DNA of 64,000 nt from Lama guanicoe. Its lineage: Eukaryota. Position numbers and translations under genes: made by a program. Below are positions 50,991 to 64,000 of the stretch, one piece after another. Each line of letters opens with the position of its first letter. Position 1 is the first letter of the stretch. The notes beneath the pieces were generated by a model. The model was not told the origin of the DNA and did no database searches. It saw only the letters and a program-made list of their open reading frames with translations. The stretch spans positions 1,304,001 through 1,368,000 of the forward strand of contig MU054338.1 in assembly GCA_013239625.1 (NCBI GenBank), given 5' to 3'.

Positions 50991-53699
50991 GTAACAGTCC
51001 AGGCACAGGCCAGCTGTGCCAGCGAACCTCCCCACTGGTAGCCAGTGGAGAGACCTTCCAGTTGGCTGTAGAACCACAGGGTCAGAAGTTTTATCTCACC
51101 AAGTCTGTCCAGAGTTGCCAACTCAAACTCTGCCAGGTGAGGTAGGAAAGACGGCAGGGTCGACCTCATAAAACAAAGACCAAGTCAACATGAGGAGGAG
51201 GCCACGACACCAGAAGGCCAGCCCTCGCTGCCCATCATGCTCGGTGAGACCAGGGAAAAGTGCACCCAGGGCCGCCAGCGTGCAGGACGCTCTCTGCCAG
51301 GCTGATTGCCGGCCCCAGCACCGCCCGCACCTGCTGGGGAAGACTCGCTTTTCCCATAGGAGCCTCGGCTTCTCCGGGTTGGGGGAGGAGAGAGCATACA
51401 GGGTGCTCGTGGGGCTCCGCGTCTGCCCGCAGCTCAGCCCAGGTGCCTGCGAGCTGCCTTTCCCAGGGTCCACACTGACTTCCCCCCACCTACCTGGGGC
51501 CTGAGAGGATGGCGTGACCCCAATACTGAAAACCTACTGGCAGTGCTTTCATCGACTCTGCAGCTGGCGACACACACACACGACAAGGTGCCCACCACAG
51601 TCACTGTCATCAAGGGAATGCAAAGCAAATCCACAGCAGGACACAGGTCACGCGTGTCAAGACAGCTGTCGCCCAGTGAGGGCCGGGGCTCGGGGAGAGC
51701 CCCCGCTTTGCTCCTCCGGGAGGCGCCCAGTGGCACAACTTCTGGGCCACGGCCTAGTCGGGTGCCCTTGTTTGCAATCACACATCAGCCACATCTCCAG
51801 CACATTCTACTGGCCCAGCAGCTGGGCGGAGCTGAGGAAGACTCAGAAGGCAAAAGGTCAACAGGGCCAAGAGTCCCAGCGAGTTAGGGGTGAGCCCAGC
51901 TTCTCTGAAACAGCCGGAACAGGCTTTGGCTCTAAGCTGGGAAACATGCACCACAGGAGTTGCGAAAAGCACCTGTGGAGAGAACCTGATGGGCTCAGGA
52001 AACCCAGATTCAAATATTTAATCCCTCACCAAGTGACAGAAAAGCCCAGCAACCATGGGAATGCAAAGTGCTGGTCACCTGCAGCCCCCTGAACACGTGG
52101 GCCCCTGCTCTGGCTGCACCGCCCCCGGAATGAGAGCTCAGCACAGGGAGAAGGGCACGTGCCCAGCGCCTTGACTCCCTGGACAGGAACTGGAATCCTG
52201 GGTCAAGGCAGGCCGGGGTGAGGGCCAGGCTGAGAAGAGGGCCAGTCCATCCAAACCTGCCAGCTGAATAGCAGGCAGCCCCCTGACCCCGTACAAGAGG
52301 TGGGAGACCCAGCTAGAGCTCCCAGCTAGGGGTGCCCCACACCCCTCAAGAAACTCAGCCCCTGCCAGGCCCCCTGAGCTCACTAGACGAGAAACACAGG
52401 TAACTTCACACAAAGAGACACAAAGACTCGCACGTGTCAGAGAAAAGTGAAGCCTGATAGAAACCTCAATAGAAGATGGATTAGTTAGTGTTACTGCATC
52501 GTGAAACTGGAACTGGATGTCAAAGGTCAACATGGCGAATTAAAACCAGACGAACCCTTTAAAATCAAAGATGTGAGGATCAGAACAAAAAACTGCGTCC
52601 GAGCACTCAGAGGCAACAAAGCTTCATCAAAGAAAACAGAAGAATGAAAACCAAAAGCAACCACAAGACAACAGGAGGAAAAGCAAGAACCTAGGAATTC
52701 TGGTCTGAAAACAGAAAGAAATGTGGAGAGGACTGTCAAAGGAATGACGTAAGAACATCGTCAAAGAAGTGAAAGTATCCCAGGGCTGAAAAGCACCATT
52801 CTTCACACAGGAGCAAAGAAAAAGATTCTCAGATAACTTTATGGACCAAGAACTTTTACAACACCAAGGAAAATCTTCAGATTCTTCTAGACATAAAGAA
52901 AATCAGGAACCAAAATGGGATCAAACTCTTCAGTGAGCATATAATGCTTTCACAATTCCCACTGCGGATTTCCAACCTAGAATTTTACACCCAAACCTCT
53001 TACTGTGATGGTAAATAAAGCCATTTCCAGCTAATCCAGGGCTCAAATAAATGAGTTGACTTTTTCAAAAGCTACCTGACGTGTTCTGATGGAAGGAAAG
53101 GAGGAAGGGGAGCAGATGGTCAGACTGAAGACAGGAGCTAGCCGAGAGGAACACAGACAGAAGGTTCTAGGACAGCTACTCAAATGCAAGGTGGGGCTCC
53201 AGTCCCAACGTGAGCAGCGGTATGCTAGTTTTGAGAGGGAGTTTCTACGGGGAAAAGGGAAAAGTCATCCATTTGTTTAAACCTGTGGGAAAAACACAAC
53301 TGATCAGTGTGTGAGGTGATGATGCTTTGAGGAAAAAAAACTAACAACAGGCAAAGGAAGTCAGGCTAACAGGAAAAGTGAAGAAATTAATTGTTTCGGG
53401 GTGTGTGCGTGTGTGTGAGAACCGTACAAGAAAAGCGGCTGAGCTGAACACACTACCCGCCTGGGCAGCGAACTGTACTTCCAGCCCTACAACACAGCAT
53501 GAGAGGTTTGACTAAAGCTCATGACACAGAATCGCACGGTGAGGTTGGAGCGGGTGGGTGGGAGGCACAAACGAAACCTCACTAATCACGGCAGTCAGCC
53601 CACGTCTAAACCCACACATCCAGAAAGAACTATGCTATTTACGAGCTCTTTCGGGCCTTCAGAGCTGCCAATCGACAGAAGGGAGGAGCGGCCGGGCAC

Positions 53700-55150
53700 C
53701 TAGTGTGACAGGCGGGGAAGTCACTTAACCTCCGGGATTCGCTTGCAAAACGGGGCCAGCTAACGGGCTCGGCTGGCCTCGGGCACGCTGCCGGGCGCTC
53801 CGCCCCGGACCTTCCTTACTTCTTACTGGGCCTGGCACCAGGGCTGCCGTCGCCCCCACCCCTCAGGACCTAGGACGGGTCCCGGCCCACAGAGCCAGCG
53901 AACCAATCGACGAGTCTCCGGGCCGCGGGAGCGCCCACCCCGACCCGACCCAACGGGCCTTTGCAGCCGGAATTCCGAGCGGGCGGGGCGTCGGGCCTAC
54001 CCAGAGCCGGACACCCGCCCTCAGCCCGCGCTCCCGCCGAGGCCCCCCCCCCGCCCAATCCACTCCAGGGAATCCCCCGGAGGTCGCCGCCCTTGCCCGG
54101 CGCCGCTCCGAACCCGCACCCACCAAAGCACGGCCGCAGCCTATTCAGCCGCCACCGCCGCCACGAAGACCTCGTTCTGCGCAAGCGCGCCAGTGGCTAA
54201 GAAAGCACTTCCGAGGGCAGGCGGGGCGGGGATTTCCGTGTGCGCATGCCTGGCCCGCCCAGCGGCGCGGGCTACCTGCTCCGGAGGCTCCAGGAAAGGA
54301 AGAACGCAGGCCGGAAGCCGAAGTGCGCATGCGTGCCGGCTCTCACCATTCTCCCGCTCGGCCTAATTCTCACGGAGCCAGATCTCGCGGGATGGGGAAT
54401 TGCGTCCTTCCCTTCCTCAAGCCTGCTCCGTTCACTTTAGCAAAGGGCGCCTCCGGTCGTGGGGGTACTTTATTCCGCTCCCACCGCGGGCCCACCTTAC
54501 TGCACTGTTATATATAACAATCTTGCCCATCTTGCCCACTATCCTGTGCGCCCCACGAAGGCTCTGCGAGGCCCCGGGGCGCTACGGCCCCCCGCCGGTG
54601 ATTGACAGGCTGAGCGACCCAGGAGCGCGCAGGCGTGATAGCTGCTGCTGCTGCGCTTCCGGGACGGCGCGGTGGGACGCTTTTGGCGCCGGCGGCGGCG
54701 CTAGCGGGGAGGGCGGCCGGGAGGGAGCGGCCCGCGCTCCGCGTACTGGGTCGCGGCGGCGCCATGCGCTATAACGAGAAGGAACTGCAGGCACTGTCCC
54801 GGCAGCCGGCCGAGATGGCGGCCGAGCTGGGTATGCGGGGCCCCAAGAAGGGCAGCGGTGAGCGGCCCTGGGCGCCGGAGTGGGCGGGCGGGCGGGCGGC
54901 CGGGAGGCGGGGGTGGGTAGCCGCCGAGCCCGTGTGAGCCCGCCTTATGCCCGCAGTGGTGAAGCGGCGGCTGGTGAAGCTGGTGGTCAACTTCCTCTTT
55001 TACTTCCGGACGGATGAGGCGGAGGTAGGGCGCTAGGGAGGGCCGGGGCGGGGGTCTGGGCCGCTGCGGGAGTAGGAAACTAGAATCGGGGGGCGGGGCT
55101 GGAAGGCTGGCGGGTCCCGTGCACCCGCCTCCATGCGCCTGTCTGCCCCC
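53700..55150. promoter_or_regulatory. Bidirectional CpG-island promoter shared by SF3A2 and PLEKHJ1
   Basis: Divergent first exons lie ~0.5 kb apart. NRF1-like TGCGCATGCG at 54324-54333, ETS CCGGAAG at 54311, TCTCGCGGGA (BANP/ZBTB33-like) at 54383-54392. Confidence 0.8.
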
Positions 55151-56475
55151 AGCCCGTCGGAGCCCTGCTGCTGGAGCATTGCAGAATCACCCAGGAAGAG
55201 CCCAGCGGCTTCTCCATCAGTGAGTGCCGCCTGGCCCCGCCCGCCCCACTTTTGTCCCGAGAGACTGAATCCAGTGTCCCAAGCTGCCCCACTCGTGCTC
55301 CCTCCTCCCCTTGAAGCCCAGGCCAAGCACACCCATCCAAGCCACTTACTAGCTGCAACCCCAAATACCGCCATTGTCTGCTTGGGGAGCGCTGCCCTTT
55401 TGGGGTGCTTAGCTGTAACTGTTTCTCCAGCGAGCGGGGAGGGCCCTGTGCCGGGGGACCGGGAGGATTTTCCAGGGTCGTCTTGAGAGGGTGGAGTCTG
55501 CAGGGGAAGATGGAGCTTCTACTAGTTGCCTGGGGTGGGGAGGGGGCTGGAAGAAAGTGCCACAGACTGGAGGGCTTGAACAGCAGAAACTTACTTCTCT
55601 CAGTCCGACATCAGTTTCTTCATGGTTGGTTCCTTCTGAAGGAGAACCTGCCCCGCGTGCTCTCTGCCAGCTTCTGGGGGGTTTCTGCCCACCTCTGGCG
55701 TTTCCTGTCTTGTGGAAGCTCACCTCTGCCTCCATCTTCATGAGATACTCTCCCCTGTGTGGTTGTGTCCACGTTTCACTTTTCCTAAGAGTACCAGGGC
55801 TTTCGGGGTTAGAGGCTCACCTTACTCCAGTGTGACCTCACTTTAAGTGTTCAGGTCGGCAGTGACCCACAACCAGATAAGAGTAATAGTCTCAGAAAAT
55901 GTCTTACATGTTTTAAGACTTAAATGTGTTTTGAGAGGACCCAGTTCAACCGATAGCCAGCTGGTGGGAAGCAGTGAGCTCAGGCTGGAGTTGGAGGAGG
56001 GGACAGTTGTGGACAGTGGCAAGAGGAAGCAGAGGCCTGGGACATGGGAAGGTGGGAGTGAGCGGGGACCCATGGGGCTGCTCCCTCTGCAGGCTTCCTG
56101 GAGGATCCCGAGAGGAAGTACCACTTTGAGTGCTGCAGCGAGGAGCAGTGTCAGGAGTGGATGGGAGCTCTGCGTCGAGCCAGGTAGGGTGCGGGCTGGC
56201 CTGGGGGTCTGGGGCAGAGCAGGGCCCTGGGGGTTCACACCGCTCTCCTCCACAGTTACGAGTTCATGCGGAGGAGCCTCATCTTTTACAGGAACGAGCT
56301 GCAGAAGATGACAGGCAAGGTGTGCAGTGGGGTGGGGGTGGAGCGCGGGCCGGGCTGGGGGCCTTCTGGGTTTGGGCTCACCCGCCCTGCCCATCGTCCC
56401 CTGACACAGGACCCCCTGGAGCAGTTCGGCATATCGGGGGAGGCCAGGTTCCAGCTGAGCGGCCTGAAGGCATGA
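54764..56475 (+). CDS. PLEKHJ1: Pleckstrin homology domain-containing J1, 149 aa
   Basis: Exons 54764-54857, 54957-55024, 55153-55219, 56093-56183, 56256-56319, 56410-56475 (450 nt). Translation MRYNEKELQALSRQPAEMAAELGMRGPKKGSVVKRRLVKL...ARFQLSGLKA*. AATAAA at 56978-56983. Confidence 0.97.
55530..55950 (-). mobile_element. MLT1-type LTR in PLEKHJ1 intron 3
   Basis: ggcttgaacagcagaaacttacttctctcagt, ctctgcctccatcttcatg and ccagtgtgacctcacttta. Confidence 0.65.
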
Positions 56476-59400
56476 GTCCCTGGTGGGGCTCCCTGGCTTC
56501 CCTGCTGGGCGGGAATGAGCCCTCCCCACCCTCACTGGCCCTGACTTTCCTGGCCAAGCCTGGATTTGTGGTGGGAGGCATCTTGGCTTAAAGACTTCAA
56601 AAGCCCGAGAACGGTGAGAGTGGGCAGGGCTGCCTTTTTGGAGTAACGGCCCAGCAAGCCGTCTCCAGATGCACTGGGGCCCACTGGGCTGGCTTGGCAC
56701 CTCGGTGTCACATGCTGCTGTCAGGGGGCGAATGTCCACTCCCAGGAGTCGTGCCCACTCCCTTGGGAGTGTCCATCCGGGCCTGGTGGGCGCCTGAGGC
56801 TGGCGCAGCTCCCCTGCCCCGTGCAGGCTGAATGTACAAAGTGAGATGAAGCTGTGAAGGGCGTGGGGCCGCGCTGGGGCCGCTGTGAATTCTCTCACTG
56901 AAGGGACAGGCCCTGGCCGGACGCCTCTGGGCAGAGCTGGAAGGTTTGCCCTTGGGGCGGCCAGTTTGTTCTGTTCAAATAAAAGTACCTCTTTTCCACA
57001 CGGGGATGGTGGTGCAGCGAGTGTTCCGCAGGCCGGCGGCTCCACACCATCAAAGCCGGCCCCCAAGGGCAGTGAGGCTGGTGGGAGAGAGGTCCTCCCC
57101 AGGTTCAAGGTTTAAGAGCCTGGGAGGAAGGGGCTAGGCCACCCAGAGTAGGGGAGGCCTCGAATCCAGAGATAGGAAAGGCAGGGAGGAGGGCCCCGCC
57201 CCACAGGGTCTCTGGTGCTCACAGGCCTGTCTGAGTGCAGGTGGGGCCTTGGGAAGGATTTTGCAGGTGGTGGTAAAGTCCATGATCAGCTGGTTTCAGT
57301 TAATCAAGAAGTTGGCTGCCCTGGGTGGGCCTGACCTAGTCAGGTGTAAGGCTGGGTCCCCCTGAGCTGGGGGCATCCCTTCTCCTTTCTGCCAGGCGCA
57401 GCCCCCTCCCCAACACAGCCCGGGACCCCCTGGCTCTCCAGGGCCTGGCAGTGTCACCACCAGGAAGGAATGCTGACACCAGACCAGGTTCAAGTGAAAA
57501 CAGGTATTTTATTAGAGTCCAGAGGTGGAAGTGCAGTGCAGGGGTTCCCTCAGGGAGGGAGGGGCAGCGCCCCCGCTGAAACAACAAGCTACTGGACGAC
57601 AAAGCCAAGCCCGTCTGCGCTACAGATCAGCGTGGGGACGCGGGCTTGGGAAGGAAACGGAACAGTCCTGCGGACGGCGGGGCAGACAAGGGGCGGTGGG
57701 TCTTAAATAGGTCACAAGTCAGAGCTGAGGGGAGGCTGTGCCTCCTGACTGGAGGGTCGTCTTAGTTGTTAGGTTTTCCTGAGCGAAGCGACCGCAGCCG
57801 TCAGACCTCCTGGAGCACCTGCGCCAACAGCGGCAGTGGGGTCTCCTGCCCCAGCGCCCCCCTCCCGAGGCCGGCGGTGGCTGAGCTCAGGCGGGGAGCA
57901 AGGGTGGGCAAGGGGGTGGCGGCGGAGCTGGGCCCGCTGTGGGGCAGACCCACGCATGTGCGTGCGGAGGACAGGGTGGCCCGGCGGGCGGCCACACAGC
58001 CCCCGAGGTGATGCAGTGTTTGTGTACAGTGTCACTTTGTTCCAGGTGGGACTTCTCTCAGCCCTGCAGCTTTTTAGGGAGCCCGACACAGGGAAGGGAG
58101 CCTCTTGGAGGGGGGCTGGGGGGCCAGGGGCCAGGACAGCACCATTGTGCATCGGGAGCACCGACCTGGAGGGAAGGGTATGGGGTCACTGGAGGGGAGG
58201 CATAGTCTCCACCCTAGACTCCTGCCCCACAAGAGTGCAGAGGACACCAGGGGGCAGGATGCTGTCCTGCTCTGGCCCTTGTGGCCTGCATCCCACAGGG
58301 TCTCCAGCTCCACACCTGCCCTGGGGATCAGGAAGCCAAGTGGGGCCTGGGCCACCACACTGACTGTCCCAGGCAGGTGGAGGGCCCCTGGTGCCCGCAT
58401 CTGGAGCGGGTGGGGTTGTGGCGGCCAGGCTAGGGAAGGCCCTGGTTGGATCCCCACACAAAGGCCCACCTCCTGCACTCCTTTATGGGTGCCGCTTGGG
58501 GGCAAGCACCTTAGGACAGGGCTCTGACCGCTTGCGCCCAGCCCTTTCTGGAGCACCCACCTCGGGGTCCAGGCCCCCTGCCAGCACCTTTGGCCAACGG
58601 CCCTTTCAGGGGACCGAGAGCTTTTTGGGGAGGCACACAGACAACACTGCTCAGCCCAGGGACCTACTACTGGCCGCAGGCGGCCGTGCCGGAGGGACAG
58701 AGCACCCTGCGGCCCTGGCACACTCCTGCCTGAGCGCCGCCGTGGCCGTCAGCGCAGGCGAGTGCCGCCCTGCCATGGGCTGTTGTTGGCTGGGCCCTGG
58801 GCCAGCGTCGCTGTGCACCTGAGCAGATGGAAAGATTCCCCTTCCTTCTCTCCCTTTTCCTCTTTAGTTTACTGTGCATTCGTCATATAATCTAAAAATA
58901 AATGAAGTCAAGTCTATGAAATTTATAAATTTTCATCACATCTCTATAAAATACTGTCACCCGTCAGCGTGACGCTCCTGTAGACACACCCGGCACCCAC
59001 AACTAGCCCCCTGCGTCCCTGGGCGGGCTGCAGCACGAACCCAGGACGAGCAAAGTCGTACAAAAGTAAATGCACTTGTCACACGAGCCAGCCCGGCCCT
59101 GGAATCGGGTACCAGACCCTCCTCACAAGCACCACTCAGAACGGGGCCCCTCCTGGAGGCTCCGCCACTGCAGCCCAACGGCCCGCGCTGCCTGGCCGTT
59201 CCTATGCCAAAGGCGCGATCCCGGACCCGAGGGCTGACTGTCTGCTGGGCGCCGTTCACAGTGATGGGCGGGCGGCCTTTCTGAGGAGCCACCTCGACCT
59301 GGAGACGGGTGCCTTTGGTATAGGAAGAGCGGCAGGAATAAATAGAGCAGACGCTCCCAGGGCTGGTTTTGGCGTCAGTCAACCTCGAGAGTCAGCACCA

Positions 59401-59759
59401 AGAACGTGGAGGCGCGAGCCTGGGACGAGATAGCACCGGGCCGGCTGTCGGCGTCTCCGCTGGCGGGCCAGTCCTTCGGGAGCGTGTTTACATAGATCCT
59501 CTCGTATATAGTATTTACATCTCTCAATAGGTTGCCTTTACGACTTCGGTGGAATAAAATAAGTCAAAATTGTTTATACTTTTTAAAAAACGATAAATAC
59601 TTTATCTAAAACTATCAACAGTACAGGCTGGAGCCAGGCCCCAGCAAGACGTCTCCGCAGGTCTGCGCAGCGCTGATTCACAGTAGAACCTGTCTCTGGC
59701 CTCCGTCCGTTCGCCGGCCCGGCCCGGCCTTGCATAGTCTCGCGGCTGAGGTAGGAATC

Positions 59760-62700
59760 CTAGTTACCTGCAGAGACGCATGGGAGGAAGCAGTACAGCG
59801 TTAGCACCTCACTCGGACAAGCCCGGTGCTGCCCCAGGCTGGGGAACCAGAGCCGCCTACAGACGGACAGATGGATGAGCCTGGTGGCTGTAGGACCCTG
59901 CACCATGCCCCTGGCCCAGTCAGAGGCAGGAGATCCCTGTCCCCAGGCCCTTCCGAGCGCATGTGGGGTGCTGGCTGGGTCCTGGCCTCCCCCCCTCCCC
60001 AGGAGCCTTGGAACCAAGACCCTCCCTGGTCACCAAGCTGGGCACTGCTCCTGGAGGGCCTGCAGGCAGCCTCGCCGACACGCCTGCACGTCCGTGTCTG
60101 CTGTGGCCTGACCCCAACCTCCACGTGCACGTCCACCCATGCCAAGCTGGTACCGGCCACGTGATGCTTGCCCTGAGGGCGTGAGGCCACCATGCACTAG
60201 GCCGCCCTACCTTCTGGGCTTGTCCAACAGGACTGAGGCATAGCACATCCCAAGCCTCAGGGAAGGCTGTCTGCTGACCTGTACCCTGGTCAAGAGGCCA
60301 TCAGACTCCAGGGGCCTCATGTGTGTTTCCACTTAAACACACGACAGACGGCTGCGGACGGCAGGCAGACCCTGAGCCTGGCCCTGGCACCCAGTCAGCC
60401 CTCGGGACTGTGGGCTCTCCCAGGAAGGCCCCTGCCCCAGCAGTGGCCAGGCCAGCGGCACCGGGGCTCAGCCCCCTAACCCTGCCTCAAAGCCAACAGA
60501 GGAGCCGACCAGGACCCTCCCTGAAGGCCTTGCAGGCCCCTGCCCCATCCAGCTCCCCAGAGTGGGCCCTTCCTACGCTGTTCTCCACTGACCCCGCACA
60601 GAAGTCCTAATGCACAGGCATGCTCAGAAGTGGCAGGAGCTGTGCCATGGCCATGCCTGCAAAGCATTGCCCACCAGCCAGGTGTTCCTCCCACAGCTGG
60701 TGCCAGGCTCACTCTGCTACCCATGGGCTCCTGCAGGCAGGGACCTCTAGCTGAGTTTTGCAGATGACCACTGCTTTTTGAAGGCCCGTTGTGTACCAGG
60801 GGCCTTAAATGCATTGAATTTTCCTAAAACCCTACAAGGCACGTTCAAGGAAACAGGCTGAAAGGCCCAAGAGCGTAAAGAAGGCCAAGCTGGGATGGAC
60901 GCTAAGCTGCCCCACGAACCCACAGTGGAGCTGCCTGGGTCCCCAGCTGCTGCAGACACCGAGCCTGAGGGTGGCGGCCAGCTCAAGCTGGGCTCGTCCA
61001 CCTCCTCCTGGGCCCCTCCCTGGCTCCTGGTGGCGTGCTCAGGCCGCCATGGCTCCCTTGCCTCCCTGTGCTCTTGGCGTCTGCACCTCCCGCCGCAGGA
61101 GAGCAGCCCCGCGGGCCCGCCTGCTCTCTGCAGAAGGAAGGACGGTTCAGTTTCTCATACAGCCGCCTGGTCGGGCTCTAGCCTTACCTTACAGAATACG
61201 AACTGCTAGCTAATCAAGGTCTTTATCGCGGCTTAACCCCCGCAAGGCGCGCGGCACACGGAGGCGGCATGCCAAGGGAAACCCACACGGCGGGTGGCCC
61301 CGTGGAGCTGGCCTGCGGGATCACGGGTGCGGCCTGGGCCAGGGCCAGCCCGGGCAGGGGCTGGCGGTGCACCGTGAAGGAGGGGCGGGACGCCTTGTGC
61401 GGGAGGGAGGCGAGCTTGATGGATAGAGAGGCGTTAGCAGGTGGCAGAGAGGCAGCAGAGGAAGCAGGTAAGAAAGCTTGGTTAGCCGGGAGGGGCGCGA
61501 GGTTCTGCAGAAGCACAGGCTCAGAGTTAGCCGGGAGCAGCGCGGGGGGAGGAGGCAAGGCGGCGTTAGGAGGTGGGGGTGCGTGGAGGGTGGGCTGCCC
61601 CAGAGGGGGCCGGCCCAGGTGCGGAGGGGGCAGGGGCGGCCTCGGCTCCGCAGAGGACGGGGCCTGAAAGGAAGAGGCCGGGGTGCCGGACACCGCCTGC
61701 AGCGGGGTTAAGCTCAGCGTGGCGCTGCGACACGCAGCCCCACTGCCGAAGCTGGCTCCGAACGGGTGAGCGGAGGCGGGAGGCACCGCGTGGTTAAGGA
61801 CACCTGCAAACAGGAGAGAAAAACTCAGCTTCAACAGGCGGGCATCTCGTCAAGCAAGAGAAGCGCGCACGAAAAGGGGCGGACGGCAGCTGCGGCTCCG
61901 CGAGCCTCACGGGTGCAGGGCGAAGCAGCAGGCAGCAGGGGCAGGCGCCGGACTTACCTGCCACGCGGCTCCAGGCCACACCCCCACCCCCGGCTCCCAG
62001 GCGCGAGCCAGGGTCTCCCCGCCTGTGCCCAGCAAGGAGCCGGTGGCGACGGGCCCAGCCTGTGGCTCCTCTCCACCCCCGAACGAGCCATGGTGTGTGC
62101 GCGGCACCACGGCCCCCCGTCCTCCCTGGCGCCAGCCCCCGAGGCTGCCCGGAGCCCAGGCTGCGTCAAGCCTGACAGGTGACCTCCACGGGGAGGAGGG
62201 AGGGCCCGGGTCACGGCGCCGGCTCCCCTAGAAGCAAGAGGGATGCCGTCAAGCCAGAGAGCCTGGCACAGGCCGACTCACGCCTGAGTGCTCGGCCCAC
62301 ACGACAGTCACACCTGCGTTGTTGGGTGAAAAGGAGCGAGGTGGCGGGTGCAAAGTGGACCCAAAGGGATATGCGGGCGTGGCCTCTCCCCCATTAGGGG
62401 CCTGGAAGGGAACCTGCGAACAGCAGTGGTTAAACCCAGCAGTCCCGGAGGGCGTCGGCGACAGTGTGCGGCCCAGGTCTCGACCCCCAGCAGGTCCCTC
62501 GGGACCTAGCCAGCTGGAAGGGCACTGCCTACCTCCAACTGCGCCGCCGGCCACCCCGGAGGAGAAGCTGCCCATGGCGTGCGAGTTGGTCAGTCTGGTG
62601 GCGGCGGACGAGACGTGCACCAGGCCGGCGGCGGGCACGGAGCTGAACAGAGACTGCAGCACGGACGAGCCCAGGTTGGCCTGCAGGGACATGGGGCCCA

Positions 62701-63753
62701 GCGCGAACTGCGGGCTGGGGGCGAAGGCGCCCAGGAAGGGGCGGTGAGCCTGGGTGGCCGGGGCCGCGCTGCCCGCCGAGGATGCTGCCGAGGCGAGGCC
62801 TGGGCTGCTGAGGAGGCCCCCGGGGGGCGCGGCGGCCGCGGCCATGAACAGGTTGTGGCCGTTCTTGACATCAGGCTCACGGTCACGAGCCTTGCCCGCC
62901 TTGCTGTGGGCCAGTGATGCCTTGTCCGGGGGCCCGCATGAGGGCAGGCCCCCCTCACCCTTCGGGCCCAGTCCGTCCAGCTGCCTCTTGTTCACGAAAG
63001 GGCCAGTTTCCGAGGCACTGCCCTCCTTGCCCCGCGGGCCGGAAAAGCTCAGGGGGGCGCCCAGGCCGGCCGCCTCAGGGGCCTTGTGGGAGAGAGAAGC
63101 ACCATCACTGAAGCTGTGTAAACTGAGGTCGGCCGCCAGGCCCCCGCCCAGCGCGAAGCCACTGGCAGGATGGCTGCTGGGGCTCAGCCCGCCTGCCCCC
63201 GGCAGGGCGGCCGGAAAGCTCTTCCTGGGGTGGGCGGCCAGCTTGGAGTCGGCCGAGCCAGGCTCCTCCAGGCTGGGCCGGAAAGTGAACAGGGAGTTGT
63301 GGCTCAGAGCGGAGCTGGCCTGCAGCGGGCTGTCGGCCGCCTTGGCCAGGCCGAGGTCGGAGATGGGCGAGAAGGTGGACTTCCACTTGCTGCTATTGAC
63401 TGGCTCGCTGGCTGGTGGCGCCTTCCTTCCCGCCAGGCCGCCACCTGATGGGAAAGGAGGTGGCTGTGAGGCCGGGAGGAAGCTGAGGGGTCCAGAGAGA
63501 AGCTTCCCCTGTGAGAGAAAGCCCCTTGGGAGGACAGGGTGGACCCTGGACCGGTGAGGGAGGGCGGGCATATGAGTGGAGAACCAGACCCACCCGATTT
63601 ACCAGCACCCTGGGGCAGAACTGGAGGCCCCACCCCGGTCAGGTCCCGGTGAGCCTGGACTGAGGCGCCTGGCAGCACTGATACTCACCGTTTTCCAAGG
63701 TTTTGGGAGGAGATTTGCTTTCTAAGGAGATTGTTGCAATTTTTCTCTCAATT
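59760..63753 (-). CDS. DOT1L: H3K79 methyltransferase DOT1L, 3' coding exons (5' part beyond the window end)
   Basis: Exons 63753-63689 (IERKIATISLESKSPPKTLEN) and 63444-62533 (GGGLAGRK...SSKWKSTFSPISD...GGAVG). Alternative last coding exons are 61803-61223 (VLNHAVPP...LAGVKPR*) and 59767-59760 (G-N-stop). Probable distal AATAAA at 57513-57508. Confidence 0.95.
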
Positions 63754-64000
63754 CTATCAAGAGAAAAAAGAAATGATGAGTGTCTGACAGGAGGAGGCCC
63801 GGGAGCTGGGGACCCAGCTGAGAGCTGGGCGGAGCAACAGGGAAGCCCTTCACAACACGCACAGATGAACACGAGTCCCAGACTGAACGGTCTGCGTGGT
63901 AAATGTTCTCTCAGGCTCTACAAAACCGGGTCGTCCGCAGGTGGCGGATACATGGCAGCTAGCACACAGCTCTTGCTCCCCAGGGAGCTGGTGTCAGCTG

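Noticed and set aside
55025..56409. Orthologs of the human PLEKHJ1 mirtrons MIR6789 and MIR1227
   Set aside because: The short introns have G-rich 5' and C-rich 3' ends but do not match the recalled human hairpins; they cannot be supported without folding or small-RNA data.
55843..57108. 421-aa - strand ORF
   Set aside because: Antisense to PLEKHJ1 exons and UTR, ends in an MLT1 remnant, no recognisable domain.
62249..62532. Read-through C-terminal extension of the large DOT1L exon
   Set aside because: A good GT donor at 62532 and two in-frame downstream acceptors explain the structure; the extension is probably intronic.

Overview
GC-rich mammalian genomic DNA from the region orthologous to human 19p13.3. 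The tRNA-derived SINE family and L1 3' ends suggest a camelid, but this is inference. Left to right: AP3D1 (minus strand, coding exons 1-20, 3' part beyond the window start), an AT-rich repeat-dense block (~29.3-35.7 kb), JSRP1 (+, complete), AMH (-, complete), SF3A2 (-, complete), PLEKHJ1 (+, complete), and the 3' end of DOT1L (-, two alternative last coding exons). Exon boundaries were read directly from splice signals, and the reading frames close correctly. Homolog comparisons are from recalled sequences, not database searches. Most notable: (1) a ~2.56 kb semi-processed retrocopy of the egg sperm-receptor gene IZUMO1R/JUNO lies in AP3D1 intron 1. It has lost two introns, kept the last one, carries one 2-nt frameshift and a long 3'UTR with a poly(A) tail, splits a MER21 LTR, and looks like a natural gene-trap cassette. 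(2) AMH lacks the canonical RAQR/S maturation site through an apparent 9-codon deletion, and an RRER/S motif occupies its place. (3) The DOT1L-PLEKHJ1-SF3A2-AMH-JSRP1 block is inverted relative to the human/mouse order. (4) AP3D1 has two GC-AG introns and a duplicated, stop-containing splice donor. (5) A let-7 site in DOT1L may act on only one isoform.
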